Below, one piece after another: positions 39,138 through 51,941 of a stretch of 64,000 nucleotides of DNA. The notes under the pieces are model-generated. The model made no database searches and was not told the DNA's origin. It saw nothing but the letters and a program-made list of their open reading frames with translations. Numbering within the stretch: position 1 is the first letter of the stretch; the number at the start of each line of letters is the position of its first letter. The DNA comes from Amoeboaphelidium protococcarum X5. Its lineage: Eukaryota; Fungi; Aphelidiomycota. Where the stretch lies: contig JALDTO010000266.1 of the NCBI GenBank assembly GCA_023515725.1, positions 1,695,608 to 1,759,607 on the forward strand, in the 5' to 3' direction. A program made the position numbers and the translations under genes.

Positions 39138-40302
39138 TCATGCATTATGATAGTTTCTTCTCTCTTGTGCTTTCTATGTATTGTATTCTAGACTGGAATC
39201 GTACTTAGGAAGTAGTGATGGTTCAGCTGGCAGAGGATCTTGCCATAGATAATCATGATCTAGCGCCAAGTCTGCTGATATCCTGGCAATCGGGTTCAAC
39301 TTGAGGAATTCCTATATCAGCTATATACAAGATCTACTACAATGACCAAATATATTGTGTAGTGCAGAGGGATAATTCGGCACGTTGAACTCTTTGACAA
39401 CAGGCAACTCTCGCCAGCCATGATACGCGTCCAATCCATAATCTTGAGGTGTACCGCACAGCTGCAGTATCTTCCATATCTAGTCCACATCTGTAGTGCC
39501 CATCAGTATCGGTCGCCTCAGAATCATTTCACCAAAGATGCATCCCACCGACCACACGTCAATCTTTGTGTTGTAATCAGTACTGCCCATACACAGTTCC
39601 GGTGCCCGATACCATCTAGTGACCACATTCGGTGTGTATTTACCACTACGCTCACGATCCAGAGGACGTGCAAGACCAAAATCAGAAATCTTCAAAATAC
39701 CTTCGTTATTCAGCAGCAGATTCGCTGGCTTCAAATCTCTATGGATGATACTGTTGAAATGCAGAAATCTAACACCGCGAAGTATTTGTACCAGATAGCA
39801 TTTGATCACAGCTTCAGTCAAGTGAACCTACTTGTTCTCAATCAACCCGGCCAAGTCATGGTCCATACATGGGAAGACGTAGAACATGGTGGCGCGTTCC
39901 CACTTTTTAACGCTGCTTTTCTTTTAATCACCTTGCTCATCTTAATAAGCCGTATCTGCGTCTTAAGCCTGTTGTTACTTCTCTCGTATGAACACTGTAT
40001 CCAGAAGAGATATGAGATTAACATGATTGAGCAATTTTAACAATTTGGTCTCTCTGTACGTGATCAGCGGTATTCCCTCCTGCTCCAACTTCTATCTCAG
40101 TTGCGCATCTTATTGCTACTACTCATATGGCAGGATCAGCTTTTTAATCGCAAAGATCTAATCTCCCTTCTTGGCCTTGAACACTTGTCTACACACTATC
40201 AAATATCACCAAGCGTTTAGCATTACATCTCATACCTACTTACCCAAAAGTTCCCTCGCCAATCTTTTATAAAATCTCATAATCTCCAACGCGATTGAGC
40301 AT
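39138..40302 (-). CDS. BUR1: Cyclin-dependent kinase, CDK9/Bur1 group (intron 40189-40243)
   Basis: GEGTFGQV, GIPLITYRE, MDHDLAGLIEN, HRDLKPAN, DFGLAR, YTPNVVTRWYRAPEL. Confidence 0.8.
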
Positions 40303-40537
40303 CTTAGTTTAGTTGTTAATATGTCGATATAATATTAAAACGCGACTAATCAATGTTTGGCTACAATTGTTCTGAAGTTGAAATGATAAACTTATCTCGC
40401 CGTGCTGTTCGCGTCTTGTTTTATTTTGTTTCGTCTCGTCTCCCGTCAGCTATTCTTCTTCTTCTTCTTCTTCTTCCAGCTTTGATCATTCATTCAATTA
40501 ATTAAGTAATAGTGACCTTTTTGAGTACAACATTAAT

Positions 40538-43126
40538 ATGACTGAGTAGACAATTCAGGTATAAGACAAGGTGTAAATCTTGAATGAGAATAAATAATTC
40601 AACTAGAATGTGGGTGGTGTGATTAAGAACTAGTGGCAATTGGGTGATGACATTGGTTTGAATTATAATGTTGTGGCAGTATTCGGCTCATAGTCCACGG
40701 GTAAGAGTACGTTGCTGAATAAGTTATTTGGCACCCACTTTGATGTGATGAGTGAGAAGAGAAGGCAGTAGACTACAAGAGGTATTTGGTTGAGTAAAGC
40801 TTCTGGATCTGTTGTTGGTGCCCAAGTTGGTGATGCTCCGTCGTCTCTTGAACAAAGGAATATCCTTGTTCTAGATGTTGAAGGTACTGATGGTAGAGAA
40901 CGTGGTGAAGATTAAGAGTTTGAGAGACGCTCTGCTCTGTTCAGTCTTGCTGTGGCTGAGGTGATCATTGTCAACTTGTGGGAGAATATGGTCGGTCTGT
41001 ACAATGGTGCTAATATTGGACTATTGAAGACTGTATTTGAGGTGAACTTGCAGCTGTTCCAACGCTCAGATTCTCCCAAGACTTGTCTTTTATTTGTGAT
41101 TAGAGATTTTCTGGGCACTACTCCACTAGAGGATTTGAAATAAGTCATGATGGAATCTTTGGATAAGATATGGTCAGAGCTGAATGCCACTTAGAAATAT
41201 TCTTAAACCGCAAACAAGACTCAGTTGAGTGATTACTTTGATTTTGATTTTGTCGCTCTACCTCATAAAGTATTGTAGCCGGAAGCTTTTGATGTTGGCG
41301 TTAATCAGTTGAAGTCTCGATTCTTTTGTTCATAGCAGTAATAGTAGTAATAGGTGTAGTTGTAAGAGAGTCCTGTGTTCAAGCCAGAGTATGCTAGAGG
41401 GATCCCAATTGATGGTTATAGTCATTACATGAATAGTGTTTGGGAATAGATTGTGGGAAGTAAGGACTTGGATCTGCCTACTTAGCAGCAGCTTTTGGCT
41501 CAGTATAGATGCGATGAGATTATGAATGTTGAATACGAACGTTTCGTTCAGTAGATCAAATAAAAGTAGTTGGATGTCAATAGTGGTCAAGTTTTGGATA
41601 AGTTTTGTGAGTTGTCAGATGTTAGAGATAGCACCATACAGCAGTTTGATAAGAGTGCAAGTCGTTATCATATTGAGGTTTATATGAAAAAGAAGTAGGA
41701 ACTTGCCGTCAAGTTAAATGGAGCTTTGAATTTATTATTTATTGCGCAGATTAAGAATTTGCATAAAGTTTGTATTGCAGAGTTCAAGAGTGATGTTGGC
41801 AAGATTTTGAAGGGAGATTCTGAACATTTTGCACGGGGATTGATGCAGGCACAAGACAAGATCAAGGCCAAGTTTAGTGAAAAGGCTAATGAGGCTGTGC
41901 TTAGTGGTACTGATTGGTCCGTTGCTGAAGACGAGAAGTAGTTTAATGATGAAATTGTGGAGCAATCAAGCAAGATTCGTCATGAAGAAATGGAAAAGTG
42001 GGGCAAGAGACTTATCAAGCAGGTTGGTAATCAGATTACAGATGGCCTGGTCGATCAATTTGCTGATCCAGAGACTGACTTTTGGCCATCTATAAATTCT
42101 CTGCTAGAATCACAGGTTGAAAAGGCTTGTAGGCAATTCACTTCAAAAGTGCAACCATTCTAGGCTAGTGAAGAGGAGATTGTAGAGTACATTGATTGGG
42201 TTAGATAGGATTGTTGGGATAATTACAGGGCCAAGTTGAAGGAGGAACTTTCTGATTAGATGCTTCTATCTAGATTGAAATCAAAGTTTGAGCAACATTT
42301 TCGTTATGATGAGAATGGTCTTCCGCGTGTATGGTAGTAGAATGAGAATATTGAGCCATACTTTCTGGCAGCTAGAGATAAGACGGAGCTTCTGATTACG
42401 CGCCTGGCAAAGATGCCTTTGCCGGAAAATTATGGTTCGGCTGAGTATATTTTGAATGACCCAGATTTTGATGAAGATTTGTTGTGCATGACTATGCTGT
42501 CCACGAGTAGGTAGCGTGATATTAAAGAGAGATTTGTTAAAGATGCGTAGATGATTTATCTGGAAATTAAGCGTGGTGCTTTGACTTCGTTCAGTGAGAT
42601 TCCGAAAGGTGTTTGGCTGCTGCTGCTCGTCCTTGGCTTTAATGAACTCTATGCCACGTTGCAGTTTATATTGTCTAGCCCGTTGCTTGTGGTATTATTG
42701 GTTCTGGTATTCAGTAGTATCGTTGTGCTGTATCAGAGTGGACTCCTCATGCCAGTGACCAAGGCTGCCATGAGATCAGCCAAACCTATCATGTCGATTG
42801 GCTTCCAGTCCATAGGCCCCATGGTGGAGAATGGCAGGTTGTTGCTGGCTGAATCTCTGCGCAATATATCATCTAAGCTGGATGAATAGAATGCTAGTGG
42901 TCAAAGCGGATCGAATGACAGTAATATCAACAATCGACCTTCGCTTGGTCACAGTAGCAGCTTTACGCGGCCGCTCAGTGATATACCATTATCATCTGCT
43001 GCATCTTCAGTCACAACTACTCCTGTAAAGTAAAGACCGTAATCATAAAGTGTATTCGGGTAAATGGACAAAGTTAGCAATAGTCCACCAGAATAATTTT
43101 ACACTCCCATGAAGAAAGGCAATTGA
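40538..43126 (+). CDS. SEY1: Sey1/RHD3 atlastin-like ER-fusion GTPase (862 aa)
   Basis: VAVFGS(TAG=Q)[54 protein letters not shown]-terminal TM hairpin LGFNE. Confidence 0.97.
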
Positions 43127-43229
43127 TCAAACGATATCAAATGATACTACTATTGCATTGTTAATGATAATAACAACAATATATTCGTTGGCTTGACAAT
43201 GCTCCATATTAGTTACATCTAGGCCATGA

Positions 43230-43667
43230 TCACTGCTAGATTTATATACGATTCTCTCTGCAAAACTTGAGCATGTCTTCATTTTTATCTTTGTATGAGG
43301 TGGTCATTTGAGTGATAATTCGATCAAAGTTGTCAACGTTCTCTGACAGTACAGGCAAGACTTATCCAACGCGTCGCTGCACCAACACGCCATTTAGAAG
43401 TTGATAACACTTTCGCTCGGCCTCCAACTCCTTCAGTGCATTCACCACCAATCTACATACATACGCTAATGTAGTTATTACTTAGCGGATCAATATGTAG
43501 CAAAAATGGTCATTGAATGAGTACTTACCTGTGCTCATCACGCTAATTCCCAGTTCCCCGAGCTTAGCGGCGAGTCTCTTCAACTCTGCAGCCTTATTCT
43601 AAACTTCCTAAAATAAAGCCTGCTCCTTCTCCGTCAACTGTTACTGTTATTATTACTGGCTCGACAT
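43230..43667 (-). pseudogene. PFDN2: Prefoldin subunit 2 with a 1-nt frameshift in exon 1 (intron 43453-43528)
   Basis: LAAKLGEL/..DEHRLVVNALKELEAERKCYQLLNGVLVQRRVGQVLP. The ATG frame and the DEH frame differ by one base near 43550. Confidence 0.75.
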
Positions 43668-43817
43668 TAGCTCGATAATTGTAAATGGGTTTTTGATAAT
43701 ATACAGAGATCAAAGATCAGTTAAACGCAAGAATTATGAGCGATCAACGGCTCCGATGGTTAAAGACAACACACATCAATCTAAAAGTGCTCTACGTTAA
43801 CAATTCAATAAACAAAA

Positions 43818-45884
43818 TCAATCTATCTTTATTGGCACACAAGTCTCTTTAATGCACTATATAATGTCTCCAACAAGGGGGCCTTCGAAGCGATTTTCGA
43901 ATAATACACCACACTCCATGCCATTGGTTACTTGTTTAACATCATTCTTGAGGTGTTTGAGTGACTTCAGTGATCCTTCATACACTTTGATATCATTACG
44001 CAAAACTCTGTACTTGATTGCTTGAGATTATACAGCACCTGCATCAGATAGCGACGCGTCCAGACTGGAAAGAGACCTATATAAAGTACCTGTTATAACT
44101 TTACATCCGGCAATCACGTCCTTATCCTTCCCGACATTAAAAGTGGCTTGAACACGCGCCTCTCCCACCACATCATACATATAATCTGGTTTAAGCATAC
44201 CTGAAATTAACTATTTAACATCATCCAAAAGATTATATATGATTTTGTGACTAATTACTGGAATCTAATGTTATGTAATGTATGCAGACAGCTGCTTTGG
44301 CTACGGGAGATTGAATGCAATCAGAGCTGGAGTAGCTTGAGATTATTATAGTTAGGATCCACCTCTATTACTAGATGAACCGCCACTTTGGCTATTCAAA
44401 CGACTATTTTTCATATTCTTAGTGGCTGCAAGTAAGTCCACATCTGACTGAGTTATCGGACCGACTGCTGAATGCAGAATCTTTATGCTAATCTGTTCAT
44501 CCGCATTTCTGGCCTTCTTATTAGCATTTGCCACCATAGTATCTAGAGCATACCGCACAGCATCAACTGACCCATAAACGTCTCCCTTGAGTACAACATT
44601 CAGCTCATGGACTTTTTATTACGCAGAAACGCCGCTATCAATATCACCTCCATTAGAGATAGATTACTAGTCCTTCTGCATAAGTTCTAATTCCTCCTTC
44701 AATGCACGAGCTTCACGAAGACTCTGGTAATACAGCGGACGGTTGTTGGTCATCTTTAGTCGTTGAACCTGCGCAACTTTACGATCATACAGTTTTTTCT
44801 TATACTCGAAGCTAGAACTATCCAATTTATGATTAGAAGCATTCACAGCTTCGGCGGCCATCTTGTCGCGCCTCTACCTCTGTAGATAGTCATCATGCAG
44901 CTATTTAGCTTCCTGTTCCGTAGCCACTTACTATGCACTATCTCCAGCGATAACATGATCCTACCCAGTCCATGCGCCGATAATCTCAACAGGGGCTGAT
45001 GGGCCGGCAGATTTGATCACTTTAAGTTTATCATTGTGCATCGCCCTGATCCGTACCCACGACTTGCCATTAGAGAACACCATAATAGAGCCAGTGGATA
45101 GAGTACCTTATTGTACTAGAATTGTAGCCACAGTCCCCCTACCTTTCACCTGCTTTGATTCCAAGACGACTCCCTCACAACTGGCACCCGGATCTGCTTT
45201 CAATTCCATAATCTCTGCCAGAGTTGTAATACATTCCTCCAGTCTATCTAGCCCATGGCCTTTGAGGGCGCTAATCTCTGCCACCTGTACATCACCGCCA
45301 TACTCTTCCACAACGATATCATGATCCATCAGTTGACGAAAGATCATGTCCCTCTACCGTTCGATATTTATACCCGGTAGATCACACTTATTCAGAGCGA
45401 TAATAATCGGAACATGCGCTGCCTGGGCGTGCTTGATAGCCTCTATGGTGGTAGGGGATACACCGTCATTGATAGCCACCACGAGAACGGCGATATCAGT
45501 CACCTGGACACCTCTAGCACGCATTGATGTAAATAGCTAATGACCGGGAGTATCGACAAACGTAATCTTGGCACCGGACTGTAGATCTACACTGAACGCG
45601 CCAATATGCTAAGTAATTCCACCAGCCTCCGACTTTACAACACTAGTCTTTCGCAGAGTATCCAGCAGAGTAGTCTTTCCAGTATCGATATGTCCTAATA
45701 TGGTGACGATCGGTGGTCGCGTTTACAAGTTACTTTTAGATTAAGCGGCCAATTATGCAAATTGTCTTCCACTTGATAAATTTACCGCAATTTAAACAGA
45801 AGCTTTATTATATTATCGCTGCTTGTTAAGTGAATATCTACTCGACACTTAAAGGCCTCTTGATAGTCTGGCGTAAATCATCAT
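43818..45884 (-). CDS. IFM1: Mitochondrial translation initiation factor IF-2
   Basis: [26 protein letters not shown](TAG=Q)[56 protein letters not shown]. Confidence 0.95.
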
Positions 45885-46049
45885 TTTTTAACGCTACCTT
45901 TAACGACAATCAACGCTTAAGAGAAAGAGAAAGATAAATCAAAGCAAAAACTCAATGCAAAGATTTTTATAAAATGTCTCAATTATTCGCTTACAGTACA
46001 TCTAAATGTATATAAGATCAAGATATTCACAAAAATAACAATAATAGTA

Positions 46050-47068
46050 TCAATGAGAATGACCACCAGAGAGGATAATAGGTACAAACATTCCAATCAA
46101 GACTAGAATAATGTTCCACCATTTAGACTATCGCGTTCGCTGATTGATATTATTAATTGAATTATTCTATTAGATATCCGCTGCTGAGGTAATAACTCCA
46201 TCGCTGTGATCATTCGTGAATATCTCCGGTAGGATATGAACACAGGACACGTACAAGAACGACCCACCACTAACGAGCAGGAGAGAGCCAGTGAGATTGG
46301 ACATGCAAGAAGCCGAATATCGATCACCATAGTTCTTGGTAGATATGGACTATAATCGTATACTTTGATACAACTACAAGACAATGAATGTCACCATACA
46401 AGATAGCGACGGCATCGCAGTGAATAATAACATCCACTATTTGATTCTCCGCCTACCCAGCTGATATTTATCCATTAGAATAGCAGTGAGTGCAAACGCA
46501 GATGGAGCTTTATGAAGAAGAATGGCCAGGAATATTACGAAAGTCAACTGATCAGAATCTGATAATGTCGACACTCCCATTGCAATACCATCAGATGCAC
46601 AATGGATCAACATTCCAATCATCATTGAAGATGGATTCATTTTATGATCCACATGAAGATGTTGTGTCTACTGATGCTGCCTTTGAGAACTTACGGAAAT
46701 AACATCCGCCAATTCTAAGCCTTGATTGTCATCATCCACCTCTTTGTAGCCATTATTTAATGATCTCTTATTGACTAGAGAAATCTATGAGCGATTGCGA
46801 TTAATATCTTCAGAGTGGTGGTGGTGATGGTGATGATGTTCATGCGAAGTGCTCTAGTCTACAATAAACATTACAGCAAATCCAATCAGTAAACTTATAC
46901 CAACAGTAAAGCTTTTATTATCCTAGTGATCGCCACTATGATTATGTTCATCATGCTCGTGATTATCCATTCCATCAGAGTCTCGCCTCTATAGAGATAC
47001 ATCATCATTATTGTTGGGATTAAGATTCGCTAATTATGTTCTATTAGTACTTTGACTACTCTACTATC

Positions 47069-47101
<33 letters not shown>

Positions 47102-47357
47102 CAACCCGTGATTTACTTGTAGAAGTAACAGCAGCATCAGCAGATTCTGCAGGCAATGATGAGCAATTTTAATATAGAGCATCCACGCCTTCAGGTATGA
47201 CGATGAGGAGAGCAGTTCCCACCAAGAGACCGCCACTGACAGCAGATAGCTATTTCATATACTTGTCTTGGATCTAGATCATTAGCGGGAGCTGCGATGC
47301 AAAGTATGACAGCAGAAAGGTTACCAGATTTAATCCAAAGAATATACCAAATTCCAT
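46050..47357 (-). CDS. ZIP-family zinc transporter (ZIP9/Atx2 type) with His-rich loop and poly-Asn
   Basis: GLLVGTALLIVIPEGV, GMLIHCASDGIAMG, AILLHKAPSAF, GSFLYVSCVH, C-terminal GHSH. Confidence 0.92.
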
Positions 47358-47752
47358 TCTTGATATTTATATACTGTACGTTGTCCACCAACCTCTTTAG
47401 ATTCAATAAATAAAGTGAACATTCGCCGGCAAAACAATGTTACATTGCAAGAACTGAAGAGGAAACAGGCTCGAACATTCGCCACGAAAATCTCAAAGGC
47501 GCAACTTTGACCGCTGAGTATATTCGAGATTTACATTGAAAATGTCAAACCAAATCTACGTACAGAACCTTATTAGATTTGAATATTATCATTAAAGCGG
47601 ACTGTACAGTAGTTTGACAACTTGTGTCTACACAGTTTAAGCAAAACTTAACTAATCAAATTAACTTGGTGAACTTGGAAAATTACTCTATACGATGTTC
47701 AAACATGACCCTTGATTAAAAGCAGCATTAATACATTTTAAAACTTATCTTT

Positions 47753-49009
47753 TCAATATACGGGCATGTTGTCATCGAGGCAGGTAGCGTACTAAGTAAT
47801 ACCACCAATTATATCCTTCACATTACTAAAGCCAAGTTTCTTCAACTGCAATACGCCCTTCTATGACGCGTTTCCTCGTCGACAAATCACGTATATCAAT
47901 TCATCCTTCTATATATTGTGATCAGATAAGATTTAATCATCATTTAACTAGGATAAAGGAATGTTGATAGCATCGGGTAGAGAGACAATCTAATACTACA
48001 GCGAGTCCCGAACATCAATCAATCTATGTGCAATACCCTTACGCTGTATGGCTTCGTACTCCTGCACTGTTATCCTGTCTTCATCAAATAACAATTTAAC
48101 CGACTTGGATTTATCACAAGACTTCTATCCACAAAACTGTTCATAGTCAGGTAGATTATCCGCTGTGATGGTTGGATTGTCTCCACACACTGAACAGTCG
48201 GGCTTCTTCTTACGCAACTAGATCACCTTGAACGAGTTCAAAAATGCATTATACAGAAGCATTTTACCAGCCATTATATCGCAGTTCTTTATAGTTTACT
48301 ATTATAACTATTTCGAGGTGGACGAGCCGTTACAAGAGCTAGTAAAGGCGCGATGCGTCTGTATGAGAATCTTGAGAACTTCAGTGGCCTGCATGGATCC
48401 AAGAGTGCCAACGAGAGAGCCAATAACTCCACCATCAGCACAATTTACAACAGCACCTGCGAAAGGTGGCTCAGGGAATAAGCATCTATAACATGGAGAG
48501 TCATTGTAATTGTACACCGTGAGTTGACCTTCAGTCCTCAAGGCAGACGCGGATACCAGCGGCTTACCGGTGAGAACACAAGCGTCATTCAACAGATACC
48601 TAGTGGGTGCATTGTCGAGACAGTCCACGACCACGTCAAATTACTTTACAATTTCCACAGCATTCTCTCTCGATAACTAGCAATTGAATTGGATGGTGCG
48701 GCAATCTGAATTGAGATCAGCGATAAATTGACTAGCAGATTCCACCTTGCTCAATCCAACACCAGATTCTCTGTGCAGTACCTAGCGATGTAGATTAGAC
48801 TCTTCCACCACATCATAGTCCAGTATTCCTAATGTGCCAACACCCGCAGCCGCGAGATACATGGCGCACGGACACCCCAGTCCTCCCATACCGATTAACA
48901 GCACTCTACCACCGATCAGAGCCTACTGACCAGCCACGCCAATCTCTTTCATGAGTAAATGACGCGAATACCTCATCACCTATCTCTTATTCAACTAATT
49001 GCTACTCAT
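47753..49009 (-). CDS. UBA4: Adenylyltransferase/sulfurtransferase Uba4/MOCS3 (ThiF plus rhodanese)
   Basis: [20 protein letters not shown](TAG=Q)[35 protein letters not shown]. Confidence 0.96.
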
Positions 49010-49480
49010 TGCAATAATTAATCAAAAACTGCTTTATCTTATCTCTGATTTGTAATCAAATAAAACTATCAGAATCGAGTTGCCGCGGCAGATCAGTGAA
49101 AATGTAGCAGATCACGATTTAACGCGTTTTTAACCGCGATTTGATTTCAATAAGGCTGAAACTGAACGAAAACGGACTTAAGATTAGAGTTATAAAAGCT
49201 ACTATACCGTTTTTAGGGCTTAATATCTCCATCTGTCTCGTAGATATGTCACATGTTACCATGCTCGGTGACGCATCTAACTGTCCCTAGTGTCACGTCA
49301 GGTATGATTGTTTTAGGGTCCAAGCGCAATGAAAACTAGATAAAAGTCAACTGTTACAGTATTGAATAGTAAAATTTATTCAAACAAGAAGTGCACATTT
49401 ATTATTATTATTATTACATACATAGACACAAGTCGGAGCTATAAACAAAGCAACACACGAATGCTAAGGCAATCACTCAC

Positions 49481-49816
49481 TCATTGAGTGCGGTTCGGTT
49501 ATTTTTCTTTCCATTGCTCCTTACCATCCTTACCATCTTTGTCGCCTTACTTGCGTTTGTGACCTCCACACTAGCCACCGACACTTCTCTTACACCTACG
49601 ACCTCTCTTGCCCTTACCATCGCCATCTTTTGGGCCTTTGTCATCTCCGTCTTTTTTGCCTTCGCATTTACCATTGTTACCACACCCAGGACCTGCACCT
49701 GTCTTCTAACCACCCTTGCCTTTATCAAGATCGCCACCCTTTGGCGCGGTCGGAATAGCCAGCACTGCTGCTTGAAACAACACAAACACCACCAAAATCA
49801 GAAATAATACTTTCAT
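49481..49816 (-). CDS. Small secreted Gly/Lys/Asp-rich protein with 4 Cys (111 aa)
   Basis: Signal peptide MKVLFLILVVFVLFQAAVLA, then GKDGDGKG-type repeats and dibasic KR/RR sites. TGA 49481-49483. Confidence 0.75.
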
Positions 49817-50334
49817 TTTTAAATTTAGTCACTATAGTTATTATTAAACAATTTATAATTAGTACAATGAAGAAAAGAAAAGATAATCTAATCGGGACCC
49901 CATTTTGTTAGCACTTTAGTGTGCTACACCGCTCTACTTTGTGACTGGATCAATGTAGTTGTGCTACTCAATGGGCGAATCAGCTGGGAGATCTGGCACA
50001 GGCGAAATTGCTTGGCGTATTACAAATTTATTTTTGACTCAAAAAGAATCAAATTGCACAGAATATGATATGAATTAGGAGAGAAGTCTAGCTAATAGCT
50101 AAAATATATAGCGCTGAAGCTAGGTATTACGCTAAACCGATGGCGGTACTTATTTGCGGAAGCGTCCCACTGCCTTCCTATCTCAGCGACGCGTTGTTCT
50201 GTAGATTTGAACTGTTTGATCACTTTTCTCTCTTTACTCAGCTGCTGTAAACTAATCTATTCACATCTCTTCATATCACAGTGGTTGATATTCAATAGTT
50301 CAATTTCGTTATAAATATCAAAAGTATCATTGAA

Positions 50335-51723
50335 ATGTAGTATAGACATACGAGCGATCCAGCGACTGCGTAAATGTACAGCTGCGTGTCTTGTAATCTC
50401 AAGTTTGCTGATGCAGTGACATAGAAATCACATTATCAGTCTGATTTCCACCGATACAATTTGAAGAGAAAAGTGGCCGGTCTGCCTATTGTATCTGCGG
50501 CTGAGTATAATGCGCGTCTCATTGCAGTACAGTAGTAGTAGAAGTTGGACACTGAGCAGAAGATGTCTGGCTAGGCTTGGCACTGCCAGGTTTGCCAGAA
50601 GCACTTTGGCTCTGAGAATGCTCACAATAGTCATATGGTTAGCAGAAAGCATCTGGATATGATGAAGCGATAGAATGCCGCTGACTTATAGAGTGAATCA
50701 AATGCTCATAATGAAGAGGTGGCCGATGAACAAGACGCGTCCAAAGTGGTTGATGGCTCTGTCAAAGCTCTGATGGAATCGGAGATGCTTCAGTTGTTGA
50801 AAGCTGATTCATTTAGAGGCAAGAGTTATCATTAGAAGGTGATTGCGGCAACTTCTGAGGATTTAATCTAGACATTGCTGGATGATAAAGTGAAGGAAGC
50901 ATTAAAGTTGGACGTTGACCATTTCTGTCTTTTCTGTTGCCATTATTCCGAGAGTTTGGAGGAGAATCTGCTGCATATGGAACATCAGCATTCTTTCTAC
51001 GTCCCTAATAGAGCACAGTTACGAGATGTATTCGAATAGTCTACTGGACTGAAATCGCTGCTCCAATTCTTGGCTGATATGATCACAGAGAGGAACATGT
51101 GCTTGTACTGTCAGACTAGCGGTAAGACCTTCTGGACCATTGAGAGTGTGCGCAATCATATGGCCAGTGCTGGTCATTGTAAGATTAGCACTGATGATAT
51201 TGACTTTGTGGATGAGATTGCCCAGTTTTATGATTTTGGATAGGATGATGAAGAAGGAGAGGATTGCTGGGAAGATGTTGATGATCGCGACTCATTGTCT
51301 GTAGTCAGTGATAATGCTATGGAGGTTGATCAGGCATCTGACAATTCTTTGATGATTGTTAAAGGGGAGCGATAACATCAGCTGTCAAAAGTCAATAATC
51401 GTGATTAATATGATTATGGAGATGTCGATGAAGATGCTGCAGAGTGGAAGCTACCTAGTGGCAAATCTATTGGACATCGATCCCTGATGAGATATTACAA
51501 GCAGAGATTTCATGACACTGATGGTGGTTCGCGCAGATCAGGTCGGCATGACCAGGATAGTAGTGGGTAATTAGTTAGAACTGAAGAATGGTTCAAAGAG
51601 CGCCGCAAGATGCAGAAGGATGTGGTGCGTGCCAAAAAGTATTAGCATGACAAGGTTGACCTGCGTTTTGCTGTTAGATCATTCAAATTGGTCAAGCACT
51701 TTCGTCCTCAAGTGGATTTCTGA
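50335..51723 (+). CDS. REI1: Pre-60S factor Rei1/ZNF622 (C2H2 zinc fingers)
   Basis: HYQSDFHRYNLKRKVAGLP, CQVCQKHF..HMVSRKH, CLFC..HMEHQHSFYVP, LPSGKSIGHRSLMRYYKQ. Confidence 0.95.
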
Positions 51724-51941
51724 TACTTTCGTATTCTACTATGGTGGATTTAAATTATCAATCGATTGTTATTGATAATCTTCGCTGAAATGAGATTCAA
51801 TTGATAAAAAGATAGCACAAAATATTTTAAAAAATTGAGTTTTAGTAGCTAATATTATTCCCTTGTACCTCACACATAACTATTGATATTACTTTTCTTT
51901 TACCGCACCAACTTTATATATACCTCCAGCCATTTATTTCT

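Noticed and set aside
39420-40040. 206-aa plus-strand ORF in the track
   Set aside because: Antisense shadow of the CDK9/Bur1 gene; no independent motifs.
47070-47100. (TAA/AAT)n tract as poly-Gln of reassigned codons
   Set aside because: In the ZIP9 frame it reads AAT (poly-Asn), an ordinary coding microsatellite.
49484-49807. Very hydrophobic 107-aa plus-strand ORF
   Set aside because: Reverse complement of the Gly/Lys/Asp-rich secreted peptide gene; its hydrophobicity is an antisense artefact.
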